Below are positions 52,201 to 58,370 of a stretch of 64,000 nucleotides of DNA, one piece after another. The DNA comes from an archaeon (GTDB taxonomy: Archaea > Nanobdellota > Nanobdellia > Woesearchaeales > UBA9642): positions 160,001 through 224,000 of the forward strand of contig JAGVGF010000006.1 in the NCBI GenBank assembly GCA_020057295.1. The letters are read 5' to 3'. The translations under genes and the position numbers were made by a program. The notes under the pieces are model-generated. The model was given only the letters and a program-made list of their open reading frames with translations, was not told where the DNA came from and did not search any database. The number at the start of each line of letters is the position of its first letter. The first letter of the stretch is position 1.

Positions 52201-54149
52201 TATGTACACAGGAACAAACTAGAGGATTATATTGCGGATCATTTACAGGACAAAACTTTACTGGTCAAGGAATATTAAGATGTGCTAATGATTGTACTGC
52301 ATTCAATAAGGTTGATTGTGATAAAGGTCAAGGATACTGTGGTGATGGTAAGATTCAAGTCAATAGTAATGGACAACATGAAGCATGTGATGGAACTAAA
52401 TTTGCTGAAGGTATGAACTGTGCAAAATTAGGATATACTAGCGGAGAATTGGCATGTTCACATTGTGAATTAAACGCAAGCAGATGTTCTAAAACAGGAG
52501 TGACAACTCCTCCTGGCGGTCCTGTATGTAGTAACGCATTATTAGAAGGAGAAGTTTGTGAAGCTGGATCAGCAAACGTTACGTGTTTATCATTTGGTTA
52601 TGATTATGGATATAATAATGCATTCGTACCATGTACATCATGCAGATACGATTTAGCTGGATGCTACTTCAACTTAACACAAATAGTAACTCCTCCAGGA
52701 GGAAATCCTTGTGGTAATGGTAGACTTGAGAGTAGCGAAGATTGTGATGGAACATTAGGATTAAATACCGTCTCATGTAAATCTATATTAGCTAATAATT
52801 ATAGCATAGGTAATGTAAGTTGTAAGAGTACATGTAAATATGATACAAGTAAATGTGTCGATAGTAGAAATGGCTTGAGCAAATGTGTAAATGGTGTTAA
52901 AGATATTACTGAAGCAGATGTAGATTGTGGTGGAGATTGTGCAGGATGTTCCTTTAATAAAACTTGCTTTGGAAATAGTGATTGTGCAAGTAATAAATGT
53001 GTAAGTAGTAAGTGTGCAATTAATACATGTAACAACAGTAAATTTGATTCAGCATATGAAACAGATGTAGATTGTGGCGGAACATGTAAGCCATGTGATA
53101 ATACTAAGAGTTGTACAGTAACAAGTGATTGTGTATCAGGATATTGTATTAGTAATAAATGTGATGTGAATCCTTGTGCTAATGGAATATTAGATGAGGG
53201 AGAAGTAGATATTGATTGTGGTGGAAGTTGTACATTATGTAATGTCGGACAAAAATGTGCTAGTAGTTCTGAATGTAGCACTGATAGTTGTGTTAACAAT
53301 GTATGTACAGAAAAAGCTGAGCTTCCAAATACTAATCTTGAAGAATTAAAATTGATACTATTAATATTTGGAATAGTACTAACTTTAGGTGGTACAGGAT
53401 ATATTGTATATAGATCGTTCTTTGGACAAAATATTAGCAACGGTAAAAAACCTCCACAAAGCGGAATTCCACCAATAGCTAATATTAAAACTCCTAAACA
53501 ATCTTTAGAAGAACAAAGAGGTATACAGAAACAAAAAGAAGCAATGTCTAAACGTCAAGAGATGCGTGATTCTCAACGTAAGACAATAATACAAAATTTA
53601 GAAACAACAGCTAGACCTAAAAAAACAGAAGAAGAATTACATAAGCTTGAAGAAAAACCAACATTAAAGAAAGAAGAGAAGAATGAAGAAGAATATGTTG
53701 ATTTATCAAATATTGATAATAAAAAATCTACAAAGAACGATAAAGTTAGCTCAAAAGAAAATTCAACATTTGGAAAATTAAAAGATATAACAAATAAAGA
53801 CTCTGGAACTAAGAAAGGCAGTGAAGCATCAACATTTGATAAATTGAAAAATATAAGTAAAAGTGATGAGATAGTTCAAAAGATTGCTCAAATGTCTGGA
53901 AGTTCTAAAGAAGATATAAAACCTGCATTAAATAACAAATTAACAGGAGAAGATGCACTAAAATTATTTGGAAACTTAAATAAAGAAAAAATTACTTCAG
54001 ATGTATTCAGAGAGATATTATCTCACTTGATTGAAGGCGGTAAGATTACTAAAGAGAATGTTTCTAGCATATTATTCGAATACATGGATCGTGGAGTATT
54101 AACTAAGGGCGAAGTTGCTAAAATCTCTTCTGAATTAAAGATAATATAA
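37236..54149 (+). CDS. Giant (5637 aa) membrane-anchored surface protein: signal peptide, carboxypeptidase-regulatory-like domains, ~500-600-aa super-repeats, Cys-rich repeats, C-terminal TM and cytoplasmic tail
   Basis: Uninterrupted 16.9-kb ORF; GGTG RBS and TATTTAAATA upstream. CV[KR]xxD repeat anchor occurs six times; CGDG/CGNG..E.CD and D[VI]DCGG repeats; TM LILLIFGIVLTLGGTGYIVY near 53352-53411; abundant N-x-S/T sequons. Confidence 0.9.
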   Translation: MNLRVLKYFIVFILLLSTFILVNSSNVNATCNVWFNGCYKDANACTVGSASYNQYKCRPFVDVDAPICTLGNDPKCMPGCCCPTSASAELTLSGLCNVTRGTFNSGSYTLTQCQNFCSSVVAGSKYNITGTVTIVGTGLVSGAHITLNPSAKNNNTISGGTYSLYNVDPGTYTVTAEYSGCNNNTQVVIVNSNVVSDITIKCDYYSVSGNVNYTSGGISGAEVKSSVGNIISGTNGAYTLSNILKNTAFDITANKTIGVNCFGTIHINPVQSNLVGQNITLVCNTYTFNGTIKKRDNSPLSDATVSSRGGLTTGNAAGFYNFNSVTPGSITVTAVKNGIAVSGGIMSCSGELSFSLDNNYINKDFIVTCCTDKTYKSPCIDGQIETTVETTCDDGRPLTNTKSYAPCSVPTACEWNLTWTGCAANAETESAVPGTPAKIIANGCDPNIITPQPELVRACPTQCGDGNLNVSRILNGFVVPETCDYNYKSGIYNVSDSCFAAWQAADISNPKKINFKSDLTTDATCYIGNCTCKTPPPKIIPTCVDNPGNLSDLNISHIAMQHAFNVSWNITNQSCANYVSNFSLRICNNATGACMDVLNNYVPVNNSISNNSRAYLHNASDNKPIPIVELTEYCYELTVTFNDSIVDPAKRKSSMIKCIKAGDEKCMSIHTDSWCTSNKKTSCYANNTINIVPTICSATEFCTNVNGNAECVYQPECNLCNGIFGILSYSELRIPSLRSDANLGKLIWCPSLVHPNPNPSQDWFDSSNLYGCYLDYSMSTTVDQSYDCDKVLSCYNYLSKDSCENDYCNKFNQTGANGCGWQPYNGDKSLTPNIFGKGVCRPKNESEQQCGLCNDNNPLKVNRIFSNCTKDICGLYGNCFFNTNGNNCMNARDVTCPTYTLQDDCIGTSRKNVSTVVDWNLVDGLLRKVSGTNVRINSSDAVGLGVCYWDGSCKRNTDNKTDIVDCKPIALGGKLTICTKDYIAPVTKITNRTAYGLLMDLNGEIEIQDNNAWPIGDSSIDTSYINIGPSKTTWMYYCVSAYGVGPCYPDNTMNFTDSQQKYKVNLTNFGLSNANNSQLFTMYYFSEDPAKNLELIKSFTFKLDTEGPNVNVNIGLDPYKLSRNQWLTNITVDLQVVNNELSPPVECKFTMHPPETIDRVISFNGKEQYNIPRRDNPSDVKIYNIATDRLHTAYPELVNGAYTWELDCFDAAKNPTHKTGSIQIDGDLRINNPIPKTKTFTTRSLATGTVHTYPVNISVNTTGPGLCKYNDTTPSLPFNSASMISMINGSFNDTLKTQQHNATINIPLNEPYINGTGLYYYYIACNVSINSEYNVITGDDSDNPAFAIDDAAPETKLMDAGRIPIKEYNSSIPAKDGSVEDVLRLILSCDDNNTLLRTLSNASMAFGCNNTARYYCIYNSSNDCTNTATYTQFTSDIVLNYNIRDGPDKKMYGNNPRIFFYSKDLGGNVEDIKYVQLKLKNNVLENPNVTLYNPYDISKDIMNITARGIDINQALIAIKVNYSDETNVSIASLSKYYEVHKIDSDNAYVPLREDTPLNNTGEFLFFRQYWPNGKYNLTINATDEDGNNNINTTIFYVEAPENFVQLQSPVLGIGTTRFYNINVSTLYDSTCKYSTSVYPAYINLSDWYIQLDYKLFNITNVSENLYHNIANYDGDASGTLYVICKTIDSLDESNKSYVMTSFPVGYLTTNPVVKNITFIGQPTFDPFNSTIINASYNATIIKVITDQDTVCRINGTSTILNVYNMMLNGSGVLENISDYNSYSTTHTLLINYSGRLGSTISGVFNYTINCTNHAQRTIANDTKIYLDLNYPAPSLTYSVNNSYITRKSINVTFNDPYITNYTYSIITNIADPCTYLTSKAFGTILDVKETSKVCVKGVDVLGRADTKTIPITIRNFDSGNVTVISPRYLKDKYILGQTATFDLVIDTDVNATCKYTKAADFLEGGTNPLDTLSFDYIYNDARAKLMNTTNSTSNITGYNIGFGENVFEDLIIICKAANVDPTSSPNISRAFSVAWDNTSSSININAPQLIDDMNNRIAVFDITTDDNTMCYFNGTLFNGDKDNILYNDSTKYVSYKQTHRHTTYYTNPEHYVGNDILYTYNITCINTAGLSGKNNTNIRFKPAINISVTRNSPTLYLTNTSLLVSANTSIQANCSLYVNNTFSRWMAPTSNNKTHNILIDLKDNEYNLNVSCFVNSNISIRGSTNYTVIVDTRPSRVELSANSIMCNLSFFNASLNIISAYGIKNYTYVVYNGLNNEINRTKITSSMGRTYNTLLNYTTPTNVNGEAYSLEVSAIFNDGSTDSKTVSVTTYDPATDSHCDYVNPGLTITNKTINANMAEVNISCTDANSGCKGYSYDIIPVGWDCATRAVYGSLQTFTNNNASIILTNGQTGRLCVKVYDNSVNNNYNTTDVTINTRVAICSNGELDRIDPAIIANYNLAIGSTNDYNEVCDGSNLRINSCINVPHSPAYTAGTLTCNLGICSTYNESQCRQGMPITLTTPLYFGIANKSIYNLTITTPSNSTCRLVTTQLPDPLPEGVTIIDIYNEAADKNLTNRTNYKENYITINATELNDTSLFNEYARIICNNTEPNANETGQAYNEIPLTLGYYANGPTLNITGPSIIRDFNSRIITLTVDTNHPSICYIEGPLTGGAYAKANIPPGKALNKYYDYDYTRLRTLNYMAVVNPLDYDKFRYNISCTDRANLTTVKEYNITYNISQDINITFNMANYSLNSNVEIAVNTSVIANCTIFIDGFNNGTFGANGLIHSKYFTLGSKNNHEIGVQCNIPNTVIYSEIKYHNITVDLQNPTVNISTINTTTCNLESFDVKVNGSDDTTLISYNYTVTSTGISYTSGSINIPDTITFNNEGNGLTDGQVYNIDVYTIDQFGKNSDHKQLAITAHSPNNSITCDSREPTITIGTATIINNTFATVEINCTDSKDVANGISASGCQSKYKYATVPKGDCSGLTESDYKEAEFSNTDEYSSTRKLILYGDVAKLCVRGMDRSGKYAYANKTISLNAIGCGDGIIQIKPTLSDLGYVSSYDNWNQAYYDSITYEYCDTNGATGATNLSGQSCQSLGEGVGGTLSCPHTGANKCNFDTSNCVKGINVILISPLPFGLGQYNNYNLSVGTNNYTSVCKIGELTYPGDTIGSFNYNTMNVMNQSVVNSSINNYTITMNGGEYYYAHKYIICNASISGYTGPVLGTFGILDVYTGYEGTLPNISLGLDRTKLFDWNDRTAYVYINTTDTNGIDENTVCYINDSGILYNTYLIPNGNVTDYSTYSSKKAVYVDFGSRYTNPAYKMFTYNVTCINRAQKNTSKTINLEYNIVDYININKTFPSSQYIGSATTDLDIKTNILARCTVNDGTLKSMDSTLSTTHTTNVNIGNGWKNVTVICTSPFASSRTLINTTEFRFRGSTVGPNDVAINVTYNSCSLNDVNITFNSTDVTGTGIDNYNYSISSGVKDWTIVNTVGGNTHINIKPSVSLVSGSEYTVQATAVDKAGFVSSVTSTTFRALNNTVWQCDNTNPSMTITLQPVTSIYRKDVEIKCTDNYCTTSFDYALIDQSGSCNSATYITKSYDTINTDYSTGKLTIDNTSKVCVKGRDLKGNLGTYELVVTVTDRTSGIIRIIYPTFLEGQYITSNTSVTNVVIDTGVTANCRLTEATGTLPASNNAVYAGSKDFNVTGSTLKIHNITNFTFTNANTLYDWLFICNRTDVLNAPESEAYIMDVYSLMYDATKPTIDSVSSTSVTDRWDKNTELTIITNEPTICYRDGVIINNLNTSKYNDYNTKHIEKISYISLGETSQTFNYNIICMNRAKLNSTSSGISVLYDLNDTLGLVKTAPASSSDDIYLASNSVELQVRTNLLAVCTANNGSVTNVMELQQPSTDQYYYYNIQLSSLSNITNVNVTCVRSGSIDESHKYILHSNVVGPQQPTVSVSPNVCSLTNVALTFNVTDATGVGIREYNYTILNSTLGTAKGWSTITSNTDTATLSLTPDQTYTVQFIATDNAGFKSSLGVGTFIPRAGTTWYCDNTYPGINVRIVSNSIFYKDVNVSCNDNYCNTTFKWDFISQSGTCSGTSTYDKTGYYNQLLSFNNNSGRLCVKGYDYIGHNTYNETSVDIISRNAGVMNITNPTFLETQYIIARSNVTDINLTTDISSDCKYIAGNSSTNDTIAYSGATPFTTTGGTTNHSISGFRIYSQPNEFEDYYFICKRNDIVASESEAYAVKKDYRITYDGTNPVINNYSATDVTDNLNKKTNIRLTTNEPTICYYNNGSLMNNDNIKLYSSYTKDHETIIDYTLTLDNNPHQLNYTLYCMNFVGLNSTKVNISIRYEFTNVLNLTKVRPDGVNNPVYLSINNTELQVKVNMDSSCKYVLNGGAQTNIAFSATTGSEYYYTTTLNNLANSNTISVTCTRSGSLPVSAVYNVYANNAGPTNMNVSANTITTCGQPNVTVTFSATNTGAGIKGFNYTIRDETAGTFISNAFTNSTTVTIDTSVWIAGHVYKIESRAVDNADVSSSSDWIAITSTTSSATVCDNTNPSLTITDQQTSFLDVMDVRISCTDTISGCTSRFNYSLLDANTNNCTGATYDNTELYTNNLTITDRGRLCVKGYDRNNNSGYNTEIVNIMSKNNTVNVTTDTPIPPVNSIYPNTLTTTSRLINVTLTSTLGATCRYGLTPNNNNGLANMYTNYIPFNTSGDTTHIIREFDTQEKYEQLVDVICYNQSLSATPYSRLTLRIVYISSTSTPLIQFTAQPSIVYDWNNRKAKLIITTNQETVCTLTSANDNKNNLPTDIGNYSNALTYQLNHEKDLDYTGYDISIRTFTYSVTCKNLVQLSSSNTTAILYNVSKNISIELISPLNYNSSTVDLMINTSLIANCNLLLDGTDKGALSKDNTGLFHNIVLTGLVNGTYNTEFRCIVPILGVTVSKNYSITVNTSRPRTYCGDGLTQFMTANDNGQYEVCDCPNGICTQEQTRGLYCGSFTGQNFTGQGILRCANDCTAFNKVDCDKGQGYCGDGKIQVNSNGQHEACDGTKFAEGMNCAKLGYTSGELACSHCELNASRCSKTGVTTPPGGPVCSNALLEGEVCEAGSANVTCLSFGYDYGYNNAFVPCTSCRYDLAGCYFNLTQIVTPPGGNPCGNGRLESSEDCDGTLGLNTVSCKSILANNYSIGNVSCKSTCKYDTSKCVDSRNGLSKCVNGVKDITEADVDCGGDCAGCSFNKTCFGNSDCASNKCVSSKCAINTCNNSKFDSAYETDVDCGGTCKPCDNTKSCTVTSDCVSGYCISNKCDVNPCANGILDEGEVDIDCGGSCTLCNVGQKCASSSECSTDSCVNNVCTEKAELPNTNLEELKLILLIFGIVLTLGGTGYIVYRSFFGQNISNGKKPPQSGIPPIANIKTPKQSLEEQRGIQKQKEAMSKRQEMRDSQRKTIIQNLETTARPKKTEEELHKLEEKPTLKKEEKNEEEYVDLSNIDNKKSTKNDKVSSKENSTFGKLKDITNKDSGTKKGSEASTFDKLKNISKSDEIVQKIAQMSGSSKEDIKPALNNKLTGEDALKLFGNLNKEKITSDVFREILSHLIEGGKITKENVSSILFEYMDRGVLTKGEVAKISSELKII

Positions 54150-54162
54150 GAGTACAACTCAT

Positions 54163-54675
54163 ATGAGAAAAGGTCAAGTCGCAGGACAGATATTCATATA
54201 TATTATGGCAGTTATAGTAGTTGGTGGTATAGCCTTAATAGGATATTCTGCAATCAAAGGCATAGTTAGTAAGAGTTGTGATGCTGAAAAATTAACATTT
54301 AAGTCAGACATGGAATCATTAATAGAAAAATATACATCTTATGGTTCTGTAAATAATAAAGTAATTACTGCACCATGTGATTATGACACAGTATGTTTTG
54401 TGGATAGCAGTAAGATGGGAACAGATCTTACTTTATGTACTACAAATAATATTATCAAGGATAGTATACGTGTTGGTAGTTCTGATGGTAGTAGTAAAAA
54501 TATTTTTGTAATATCTGGAGGAAAAACTATAGGTATAGGATATAGTTCACTTATTAGCCTACCACTTGCTCAACAAAATAATTGTACATGTATTAAACAA
54601 CGTAATAAAAATTTTTATATAACATTTAATGGCAAAGGATCTAGTGCGGAAATAAGTCCATACACTCCGGGTTAA
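54163..54675 (+). CDS. Type IV pilin-like protein (class III signal peptide)
   Basis: MRKG/QVAGQIFIYIMAVIVVGGIALIGY; VCFVD motif. Confidence 0.78.
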   Translation: MRKGQVAGQIFIYIMAVIVVGGIALIGYSAIKGIVSKSCDAEKLTFKSDMESLIEKYTSYGSVNNKVITAPCDYDTVCFVDSSKMGTDLTLCTTNNIIKDSIRVGSSDGSSKNIFVISGGKTIGIGYSSLISLPLAQQNNCTCIKQRNKNFYITFNGKGSSAEISPYTPG

Positions 54676-54676
54676 G

Positions 54677-55714
54677 ATGAAAAATGCTTCTAAAATTAAT
54701 AAACTCAACAAGAAAGGTGTTGTGGATGTACAATTTAACTGGATATTTATTATGATTACAGGATTTGTAATACTTTTATTCATTGTTAGTATTGTTTTAA
54801 GTCAAAAGAAAAATTCTGATACACAAGCAGCCTATTCTTCTATGAATCAGATTGTTACAATACTTAAAGGCAAACAGCAAGCGGGAAACGTATATTCTGA
54901 AGTAAGCCTTCCAAAAACCAGTATGAGTTTTAGATGTGATCCGGTAACTAATTATTTTACATTTAAAATTGAAGATTCTGAAAGAATACAAATGCCTTTA
55001 GAAATAATATTTGGTCCTAGAGATGTTGTTAGTAGTAAGGTACAATTTTGGAGTCAATCATTTGATGTACCGTTTCCTGTAACTATATTCACATATATGA
55101 CTACAGCAAATAGTATTATAATGATTTATAACAATACAGACAGTTCTAATGCACAAAAATTATTTGATGATTTACCATCTAATGTTACAAAAAAGATAAC
55201 AACAGATTTTAACGTCATAAAAGATTATACTAAATATAAAATTGTATGTATCGAAGGTAGTTGTCCAACATCATCTATATCTAGAGAATACATTAAAATC
55301 AGTCCTGCTGCAGGATTGTATAGTTATGGTAATGTGACATTTTATACTAAAACTAACACCGTACAGGGAACTGTTCCATACATTTCCAAAGCTTCGCTTC
55401 TTGGAGCATTATTTAGCGATAATGCAGAGTATTATACGTGTCAAATGAATCGTGCAATGATTCAATATGAAGTTAAAAGATCATTAGTTGAAAAAAGATT
55501 AGAGTTATTATACGATGACTTAAACCCGGGACAATGCAAAGTAAGTATTGATGTAGCATTAAATGAATTAGTAATTCCTATGAGAAATAGCGTTTTAAGT
55601 TGGCCTAGTATCACAAATATTTATTCAAAATCATATGGTATAGATGCGGGATCTACAAGTCTTACCGTAAGTAATATGGATTTAACATTGGGTAGCTGTC
55701 CAAAAATATATTAA
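54677..55714 (+). CDS. Type IV pilin-like protein (class III signal peptide), 345 aa
   Basis: NKKG/VVDVQFNWIFIMITGFVILLFIV; GALFSD....Y.C.M..A. Confidence 0.75.
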   Translation: MKNASKINKLNKKGVVDVQFNWIFIMITGFVILLFIVSIVLSQKKNSDTQAAYSSMNQIVTILKGKQQAGNVYSEVSLPKTSMSFRCDPVTNYFTFKIEDSERIQMPLEIIFGPRDVVSSKVQFWSQSFDVPFPVTIFTYMTTANSIIMIYNNTDSSNAQKLFDDLPSNVTKKITTDFNVIKDYTKYKIVCIEGSCPTSSISREYIKISPAAGLYSYGNVTFYTKTNTVQGTVPYISKASLLGALFSDNAEYYTCQMNRAMIQYEVKRSLVEKRLELLYDDLNPGQCKVSIDVALNELVIPMRNSVLSWPSITNIYSKSYGIDAGSTSLTVSNMDLTLGSCPKIY

Positions 55715-55762
55715 AGATATAATAAAGATAAAACAAAATCTGAAAAGTAATCTGGAAAAAAT

Positions 55763-56260
55763 ATGTTGATAAAACGTAAAAACGGACAAGTACAACTTGG
55801 AGAAAGTACGGCAGTGATCGTTGTAGTTATTATAATCCTGTTTTTCGGAATAATATTCTGGAACAAAATTAATAGTTCAGATATACAAAAGATAAATACT
55901 GAATCTCAGGAATTATCTGTTATAGAAATTGCGAATATAGTTTCTGAACTTCCAGAGCTAAAATGTTATGAAGTTAATGTTAACAAGATAAAATGTTTAG
56001 ATTGGTATAAAGTATTAGCGATGAATGCCACAGTAAATAGTAACGGACCTAATTATGAATTCTACAATAACTATTTCAAAAATTCAAAAATCACAATAAG
56101 GCAAATATATCCGACCAGCGTTAATATTACAATATACGATTCAAAACTTAGCAATAACACTAAAACATTGCTTATACCCATTCCCGTAAACATTAAAGAT
56201 TACGTACATAAAACAACAGGATATGGTCTAATAATTGTAGAAGGATATTACAAAGGCTGA
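55763..56260 (+). CDS. Type IV pilin-like protein (class III-like signal peptide)
   Basis: RKNG/QVQLGESTAVIVVVIIILFFGIIFW; LPELKC...CLD..K. Confidence 0.72.
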   Translation: MLIKRKNGQVQLGESTAVIVVVIIILFFGIIFWNKINSSDIQKINTESQELSVIEIANIVSELPELKCYEVNVNKIKCLDWYKVLAMNATVNSNGPNYEFYNNYFKNSKITIRQIYPTSVNITIYDSKLSNNTKTLLIPIPVNIKDYVHKTTGYGLIIVEGYYKG

Positions 56261-56261
56261 A

Positions 56262-56780
56262 ATGAACATCAGACACAATAAAAAGATTAAGGGACAAATA
56301 GAAATATTTGGCTTAGCGGTGATTGTTATACTTATATCAATAGGATTTTTTATATTTGTATCGCTTAAAGCGCAACATCCAACAGAAAATCCTCAAAAAG
56401 AGTATACTAATGACAAGCTTGCTAACGATTTTGTATTATCAATATTAGATGTTAATGTAAAAGATTGTGATACCTTTACTCTTAAAGATTTAATCGTAGA
56501 TTGCGGCAGAGATAGAAAGATAGATTGTGGAGGAACATCTTCATGTTTCGCTGCTAATAAAACAATTACAGACTTGCTTAATGGAACTTTTATGGTCATG
56601 AATACTAAATTTAGATTCTATTCTGAAAATCTTAAAGATAACGCTGGTAGAGAAATCATTAATATAACACATCTTAATTGTACATCTAATATGCGTCAAG
56701 GACAAAGGGGTACAGCAATAATATCTTTATACCCTTGGCCCAACAATGTTTATTTAAATATGAATATCTGCTATCAATAG
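56262..56780 (+). CDS. Type IV pilin-like protein (class III signal peptide)
   Basis: KKIKG/QIEIFGLAVIVILISIGFFIFV. Confidence 0.78.
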   Translation: MNIRHNKKIKGQIEIFGLAVIVILISIGFFIFVSLKAQHPTENPQKEYTNDKLANDFVLSILDVNVKDCDTFTLKDLIVDCGRDRKIDCGGTSSCFAANKTITDLLNGTFMVMNTKFRFYSENLKDNAGREIINITHLNCTSNMRQGQRGTAIISLYPWPNNVYLNMNICYQ

Positions 56781-56816
56781 AAAGCTTTATAATATATTAT
56801 ACCAATATTATGCTCT

Positions 56817-56945
56817 ATGGAAGGCGATGATGATGGTGGAGTGAGTTGGAATAAGATTGTTACATTAGTTTTTGTTATTAGTGCAATGATTATACTTATG
56901 ATTTTGGTTACGATAATATTTATAATGCCTATATTGAGGGAATAA
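56817..56945 (+). CDS. Small single-TM protein (42 aa), not in supplied ORF track
   Basis: MEGDDDGGVSWNKIVTLVFVISAMIILMILVTIIFIMPILRE*. Fills the gap and stops 1 nt before the next ATG (56947). Confidence 0.6.
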   Translation: MEGDDDGGVSWNKIVTLVFVISAMIILMILVTIIFIMPILRE

Positions 56946-56946
56946 A

Positions 56947-57528
56947 ATGATGAATCTACCAGATAAGGATCCAAAAAGCCAAAGATTAGCATTATTACTA
57001 AAGATAATGGTATTCGTACTATTACTTATAGGAGTATTACTGCTTACAGGATATTTGAAGAAGATAATGTTATTTGTCAATCCAGACATTGAAAACTGTA
57101 AAGGCGGTAGTTGTAGAGATTCATGTATTAAGGATCAAGAAATAATGAATAATAATGCTGCATGCAGCGATACAAGCAAAGTCTGCTGTGTAATTAATGA
57201 TAGAACTCCGAGTGCTGAATGTGTAGGATACACTAAAGGGTATGTCTGCGGTAGACTGATGATATGTGATGCTGACTTAGTTTGTGTGAGTAGATGTGAT
57301 TATTGTGCACAAAATCCTGATGATAAAGCATGTGTTATAGATGCAGAAGTAGTAACCATCGGTGCTAGCGTAACTAAATTTGATGATAAATTCACGTGTG
57401 GTTGTACAGAAATGGACTGTAACAGTTTTGATAATAGTAAACTTGGAACATGTGTTAAAGGATTCTGTCCTTCAGATGTGCCTGTAGCAACTAACTATAT
57501 GTGTTGCGTAAATCCTTATAAGAAATAA
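56947..57528 (+). CDS. Single-TM Cys-rich protein with defensin-like six-Cys motif; paralog of 60738..61355
   Basis: TM, then CKGGSCRDSC-x12-C-x6-CC; CDYCAQNP...FTCGC...C...FC...CC. Confidence 0.72.
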   Translation: MMNLPDKDPKSQRLALLLKIMVFVLLLIGVLLLTGYLKKIMLFVNPDIENCKGGSCRDSCIKDQEIMNNNAACSDTSKVCCVINDRTPSAECVGYTKGYVCGRLMICDADLVCVSRCDYCAQNPDDKACVIDAEVVTIGASVTKFDDKFTCGCTEMDCNSFDNSKLGTCVKGFCPSDVPVATNYMCCVNPYKK

Positions 57529-57551
57529 AAATATCAGAATAAAATAAAAAT

Positions 57552-58370
57552 ATGTTAAAAAAAAATACTCGTGGAATGTTTAGTCAACTATTAGTTATTG
57601 TATTGATATTAAGTGCAGCTATACTTATAATGTTAGTAGTTATGAAATTTTTATATTCTAATAACGCCAAAGGTGCTATTGATACATGCAGATTTAGTGT
57701 AGTTGCACAAAGCGCTACAGCACTTAAAGTAGATTCAAGCGGATTGACAAGTCCTATAGCAATTAATTGTGAGAAACGATACGTTAATTTATTCAATAAT
57801 AAGGTGGAAATAGGAAATAATCCTGAAGATACAGATACTGCTCAAATAGTATATAATAATAAGCCCGTAAAGAAATTTTTAGAATTAAACGACTTTATTG
57901 TTAATCAAATTGTCGCTGAAGAAATGAGAATATGCTGGTATCAATTTGGCCAAGGAAGAGTTAAAGTCTTTGCAAATGATAAAAACGTACTTGAAAATAG
58001 CAATGTTTGTTTCATATGTTCTGAGATAAGTTTTAAAGATAATATGGGTAAATCAGAATTTGTAGGATTAGCAGATTATCTTAATCAAACATATATTGCT
58101 AATGAGAAAATGACTTATTACCAATACTTAAATGATGCTTCAATGTCTGCCGAAACTTTTGAACAGTATAATAAAGATGCAAAAAGTTCTGGAAAGACAA
58201 ATATTTATGATATTAAATTATATAAGGATAAAACTTATTATATTATCTTTAAGAAAGGAGACTGGACCTTTAGGAGTAGTTATAGATTTTATCCTATAAT
58301 TATTTCTTCAGATGAAATTAATGGTTATGATGCATATGATCACTCTTTATGCGATATGCAGGCAACATGA
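57552..58370 (+). CDS. Type IV pilin-like protein (class III signal peptide), CW..[FW]G.G family
   Basis: NTRG/MFSQLLVIVLIL; CRFSV; IVAEEMRICWYQFGQG; VCFICSEI. Confidence 0.75.
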   Translation: MLKKNTRGMFSQLLVIVLILSAAILIMLVVMKFLYSNNAKGAIDTCRFSVVAQSATALKVDSSGLTSPIAINCEKRYVNLFNNKVEIGNNPEDTDTAQIVYNNKPVKKFLELNDFIVNQIVAEEMRICWYQFGQGRVKVFANDKNVLENSNVCFICSEISFKDNMGKSEFVGLADYLNQTYIANEKMTYYQYLNDASMSAETFEQYNKDAKSSGKTNIYDIKLYKDKTYYIIFKKGDWTFRSSYRFYPIIISSDEINGYDAYDHSLCDMQAT

